DNA of 64,000 nt. Origin: Setoptus koraiensis (Eukaryota > Animalia > Arthropoda). Location: assembly GCA_048013815.1 (NCBI GenBank), contig CM106586.1, positions 2,108,001 through 2,172,000 of the forward strand, written 5' to 3'. Positions 58,500-64,000 of the stretch are shown one piece after another. The notes under the pieces were generated by a model. It was given only the letters and a program-made list of their open reading frames with translations. It was not told the origin of the DNA and did not search any database. Every line of letters starts with the position of its first letter. The first letter of the stretch is position 1. A program made the position numbers and the translations under genes.

Positions 58500-61400
58500 T
58501 AGTCAACGGTTGCAATCATAATAATGACAAGGCAAAACAACGAGCCAGCCAGTCGAGTTATGTGACAAACACACACTGCCAACGAGCAGCAAACCAACCA
58601 AAGAACCAACCAAAGCACCAAATAACGAATGCCACAAATGATAACGCCAACCATTGATCGCCAGCAAAACAGCAACCAGTTACGTAATATGTTTGCGCGC
58701 CCCCTCACTCAATAGTCTGGCCAATGCCAGTGGATGGCTCTCAATTGTCAGGTGCTCATTAGGCCGGCTAGTTGGCACATAGTGAAACATTTTGATAATA
58801 GGCCATCCATTTTATCCACCAGCGACAACAGCGACAGTCACAGCGACAACACCGACACCGACAGCCACAGCCACAACAACAACAACAACAGTAGGCTGTC
58901 TGAGATAGACAATTAGACAAGCAGGTAACCAATATAAAAGTATTGTTATTGTTCGTGACGAAACCCACTGCATACAGCCAACTGCGCACGAGAGATAGTT
59001 TAGTTTTTATTTGTGAGTGTGTGTGTGTGTGTGTCATCATTAGTCTAATGATGATAAAGTATCTGTCTCTAGTATAACCATTAGATTACAAGTATTAGAG
59101 TTGGCGCTATATTAGTTGCATTAGACATTCAATCCATCAGACATATTAAATGGCACACACCAAATCACACTACTAGTGTGCGTGCTTTCACATTACATAG
59201 ACATTATACAGACATTATATATACATTGTATTGCGCAACGTCGATCGCTGGTGGTGACATCAAATGAGATTGGATACAATTAAAACGGGCACAATAGGTG
59301 GGCCCACAGTGATGCCTCGATTATCCCCTGGCAACCAACTGGCTCATCTTTGGTGTGGGCTCTTTTTCCATTTATCCATCAACCAGCAACCAGCGGCATG
59401 CATACGAGCCTCAATTTCGATACCAACTCACTATTCACACACGAATACAAATTATATACGAATAAAGCTCGCTCTCATACGTTCGCGGACAGTGCCACCG
59501 AGCGAGCCAATGAACGAGCCAACGGACGAGCCACGAACGAGCCACAAACGAGCCGGCAGACGAAACTGGGGGCCTCATTGAGAATATGTGCTTGAATACT
59601 GTGCGTGAATATCCGACTTGATAATGGTTATTCATACGCATCAATAATGTAGATTAGCGCCCCCACTAGGTTGTAATTAGTTATTTACAATGGCCACCAC
59701 TAAGGCGATCTATTAATAGCTAGCTCTTAACTTATCACATCAACGATTAACTCTCTCCTTGTGCCCACTACTCTATTGTGGTGCGCAAACATGTGAACTA
59801 TCGTGACAACACACAATAGATATCGGATTAGATGCCGTTAGCGCAGGTACGCAGCCCCACTAACTGCACTGTTACATAACAACACAATCGAGCGTTTTGC
59901 TGCACGGGCCACAAGTCTCACAAGTCGCTCGGGTTGCTCGGGTCGCTCGGGTCGCTCGGGTCGCTCGAGTCTCGCCAGTCGCCAGTGCCGAACAGAGGAG
60001 ATCTTAATGGATCTTTTCTGGTCCAACAACTTGCCGTCAGTGAGCGGCGAGCAGCAACCAGCAACTGGCAAAGGTGCAATGGCGCTAAATTGGCTCTCTG
60101 TTGCTACTCATTGGCCCACAACTAGCCGCTACTATGCTGAGTATAGTGAGTAGAGTGAGTGGAGTGAGTATAGTGGGCATACCTAGTACACTCACAAGTC
60201 AGTATACTTAGTGGCGCACACTATCAACAAAGATCCAGATACAAACCAGGTAGCAGCGGATATATAGGTGCCAGTGGTGGCATTAGATTATTTTTATTTG
60301 TTGGCTTGTGCACACTGTTGGCCCCCTCACAACAGACACACAAACCAATAACCTGTGCAGGCTGCAATGACCGTTGCTTGGCTATGACGTAACGCACGCA
60401 TAGTTGCAGCAGTGCATAAGTCAAGTGTTGATGGGATTCATTCATTTGTTTGTTTGTTTGTTTGTTTGTTGGATTGCATTTTATCCTGTGCTCACAATAT
60501 GTGCTCAGTATCAATATGTTATCAGCATACAAAATTGCTGTTACTTGGTGCGCGAATTGTATCATCATCTTATTTGCATCATCCAATGGCAAACAGTGAT
60601 AATAATAATAAATGCACTTGCCTTAAGTGAATTGTTGTGGCGCTAATTGCGCTCATTGTCTCACGATTGGTGACTGGTGACTCACCAACAGACAAAATGA
60701 GTCGCACTGTCTATTAACTGTACACAATACGATAGGATGATGCAATCATATTGTGGCATCATATGGTGATGCCTTGCCAACTTGGATTATATAAAATGAA
60801 AGCAAACAAAAATAATGTTATCGCCAATGCATATCGCGTGTGAAATGTTTGGCCCCAACTGGCGCTGGCGCTGGCCTGACTTGGTGCAATTTGTCAAACG
60901 AGGCTGACAGATTGTTGTGCCGCTTCACTCGCTCACAATGTGCGCCCTCACTGTATAGTGACAAAATGGCTCTGTTGTCGTTATTGAACTGCATTTGCAG
61001 TTAGTTGCAGTTAGTTGCAGTTAGTTGCAGTTTGAGCTTGGCGAACGATTGCGATTGCATTGTTTGGCGCTCTCTTGTGCATAGATTTGGCTCTATAGAT
61101 GCTATATGTAGATTGTTATTTACACACAATGCTCATAGTGTGCCCATAGTGTGTGTGCAATTAATTGCTCCATTGAACTATATAACTGTTACACTGAAAA
61201 CCTATCTAAAAGCGATTGATTGTTTGATCATTATTGGCACAAAATGGCCGCCTATCTATTCAAAATGTATCCACAAACTGTAACAGTGTGAGGGTGCCGA
61301 GGCGAGAACCAATCGATCGAGCAATCAATATCCATTTGAGCTGGCCAGATATTGCTCGCCTTGATACTTGTACAAGTAAATGTATGTGTGAAGGCAATAC

Positions 61401-61584
61401 TTTGTTGTTGTGGTTGGCACATTTTGCTCTTATTCTGTTCTGTGTTTTGTATTTTGTATCAGGATCGGGCTAAAATATTTGTATTTGCATGCGTGCTATT
61501 TGTGTGCAGTCTGGTAAGTGCAACACAGCATGTGCTCTGTATAATATGTTACGTAATAATGCTTACTTCTTCATGTTTCAAGCC

Positions 61585-61634
61585 AGTTGTGGATAGTTGT
61601 GGATAGTTGTGGATAGTTGTGGATAGTTGTGGAT
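61585..61634. repeat. 10-bp tandem repeat (AGTTGTGGAT) x5
   Basis: Five perfect units. Confidence 0.95.
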
Positions 61635-64000
61635 AGTGGGTTAGATGGCGCTTAATGCTGGCCGATTTGTGAAGCTTTGGTTGTTGCGTGAATAGTGTCA
61701 TTGTGTGTAACTCATGGCGAGATTGCGGTTTGCATGAGACTTGCATCGAACGGCACTACGGGTATCGTATGTATATAGCGGGTATTTGCAAGCTTTGCAA
61801 GATTGGATAAATGTGAATGTGCGATACAAGTGACACAGTTTCAGTGTGTTAGCCTAACAAGTTTAGGTGTGAGCCTAGCGGCGAGTGCCTCAACCTGGCC
61901 AGCGTTGCTTTTAAGTGCCAATGAAGCATTAGAGCTACTAAATTGCCAGCTCGCCATATTGCACCAGACAACGGGTGTCGATATTTATGAAAATAAATTG
62001 AAGCTGGCGCATTGCTATTATGAGAGCACAGTTATCACGGCAACTATCGCCACTGAGCTAGTGAGCTAGCGAGCTAGTGAGCTAGTGAGCGGATAGTTAA
62101 GCGCATAGTTAGCGGATACTGGGTCGCTTTGGCAACGACGGGAAACACATTTTGTTTTAGAAAAATGTGTATTGAATAGCTACACACACAACCAACACCG
62201 ACAACACCGACAACACCGACAACTCTGACAACACCGACAACAGGCAGCCTGTGGCTTTTATGGCAACTTTATCCGGCGAGTTGGCGCATGTTCTCTTGCA
62301 GCGTGCGTTTGTGTTGTGCCCGTGCGATTGGCTAACTAGCTCAAATAGATATAGATAATAGTATATAATCTAATTTATTATTATAATATAATATATATGA
62401 CACGGTATATATATCCTGTATGGCAATTGGATGGCAGCGGGATTAATAATATATATTATTGTGCGTTACTTTTTCGGTTGGATTGTTATTTTTGTGCAGT
62501 TGACTAGTTGACATTAAGTGTAATGGATAGTGCACGGGCTATAGCGACCACCTGGCGAGCGTAAGAGTTTAAGTTTGACAAGTCATATCGTATGTTTGCA
62601 TGTGTCCATTTCGCTTTGTACTAACTTGGTATAACTTTTACTCTATATCTACTGTTTAGAGTGTAACAGTGCTAGTGTATAACTTATACAGTATAAGTTT
62701 TATAAGTTAAGTTATGTGAGTGGCTATAAGTAGATATAGACAGCTTGCGCAACAATAACAAGCTGTCTACTATGTATATGAGCATGGATCACATTGAGTG
62801 TCTACAATGATCTGCTTACCAATGATCTGCACCATCCAGCTTGTTACGGGTGCCGGTGCCATTTGTCAGCTGTCAGCTGACAGTTGTCAGTTGTCGGCCG
62901 ACAGTTGTCATTTGTCAGTTGTCATTAGTCAGTTGTCATTTGTCATTTGTCATTTGTCATTTGTCCTTTGTCGTTTGACATTTACTTAAGGTTAAAACTG
63001 GACACACAAAGGTGAAGCAAACTAACAACACCTATACTCATCTTGCTGATGTCATCACTTTGGCCAGCGTTTTTGTCTTACTATTTTTGTTTGTGTCTCA
63101 ATTTTGATCATTGTTGTTGTTGTTCGTGTCCAACTAACAACAACAATCACAAATACAATCTGTTTAGCAAACCAATGCAACCAATCAAACAATACAAACA
63201 CATTGAACACAAATCAATTTTGTCTCATCTAATTCTGTCTTTTTGCGCTTGTGTCACCAATTTCACCTGTGTGTTTGTTTGTCGCCTTTAGTGTGACCTT
63301 GGTGTAGTTGCGAAATTGCAAAATTGCAAAATTGCAAAATCTAAACCCCAAACCCCAAACCCCCCAAAAAACAAACAAACAAATACTCTCAATCATTCGC
63401 AGTTGTCAGTCACAATTGCGCCAGAGACCAATACAAACAAACCTTGCTTTTGGTGCCCAACAAATATCAGTGGCATCAACAGACAGGTGCCGCAACACAA
63501 CAAATTGGAGCTGGCAAAAGTAAAAAGCACAATGCGTATGCCGCATGACCATGACAATAATAACTACTAATATATACCAGCCATGATAGACTATATGTGT
63601 GCGTATCGACTAGACTACAAAGTGGCTCGAGTCGAATTCCAATTCCAATTCGCAATCGCATTTAAATTCAGATTGAGCCGTTCCAGTTGAGACCATAATC
63701 TATGTGGCTCCCTTTTATCTTTCAACTCCCTTTGCTCCCATCCATGTCCGCACCTATCACCTTGTGTGCAGCTGAGCTCCCATTGTGCTAGTGTATGGTC
63801 TGGTGCATGGTATAGTCACCAAACTGCAGTGTATGGTCCAGTGTGCAGCATTGTGATGGGCATAGCGCCGCACGGGTACATAGCGCCGTTCGCGACCTAT
63901 CATTACTGTGATGTGTTGGCGTGGTGTCACAACACAGTGAGTGCGCGTTTGTAATGGCACACAACAAGAGCATAGGCCAGCAACAACCAGTTCAGTTGGC

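Noticed and set aside
1-64000. tRNA, rRNA, snRNA, known conserved miRNA and CRISPR arrays
   Set aside because: No cloverleaf/T-loop context, rRNA motifs, recalled miRNA sequences or repeat-spacer arrays seen by eye. A tRNAscan-SE/Infernal run would be needed to exclude ncRNAs formally.

Overview
Eukaryotic (animal), AT-rich genomic window. Genes are strikingly intron-poor and resemble arthropod orthologs; a streamlined acariform mite such as an eriophyoid is my inference, not proven. Left to right: a tandem pair of secreted orphan genes (1-3975); about 8.4 kb non-coding; intronless Mitf/TFEB; compact 4-exon wapl (minus); a very young 3155-bp non-autonomous Ty3/Gypsy-type LTR element with 224-bp LTRs differing at 1 nt, a TCTA target-site duplication and one intact Gag-protease-X ORF with no RT/RNaseH/integrase; p120/delta-catenin (minus, one 3' intron); intronless AF10/Alhambra; intronless GALNT7/pgant7 (minus); a tyrosine-kinase-like relic; intronless Sec71/BIG ARF-GEF (minus); a GTGCGAAA motif array in the divergent promoter; intronless Ubr1/2, whose 5' end is duplicated around a 500-N gap (probably an assembly artefact); a small secreted orphan gene (minus); and a 16.5-kb SSR-rich non-coding desert enriched in GGGCCC. 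I found no tRNA, rRNA or CRISPR array. The most promising novelties are the Gag-protease-only mobile element and the secreted paralog pair, which shows candidate amidated amphipathic peptide termini and gene-conversion-like mosaicism. Family calls come from motif recognition by eye; no database searches were run.
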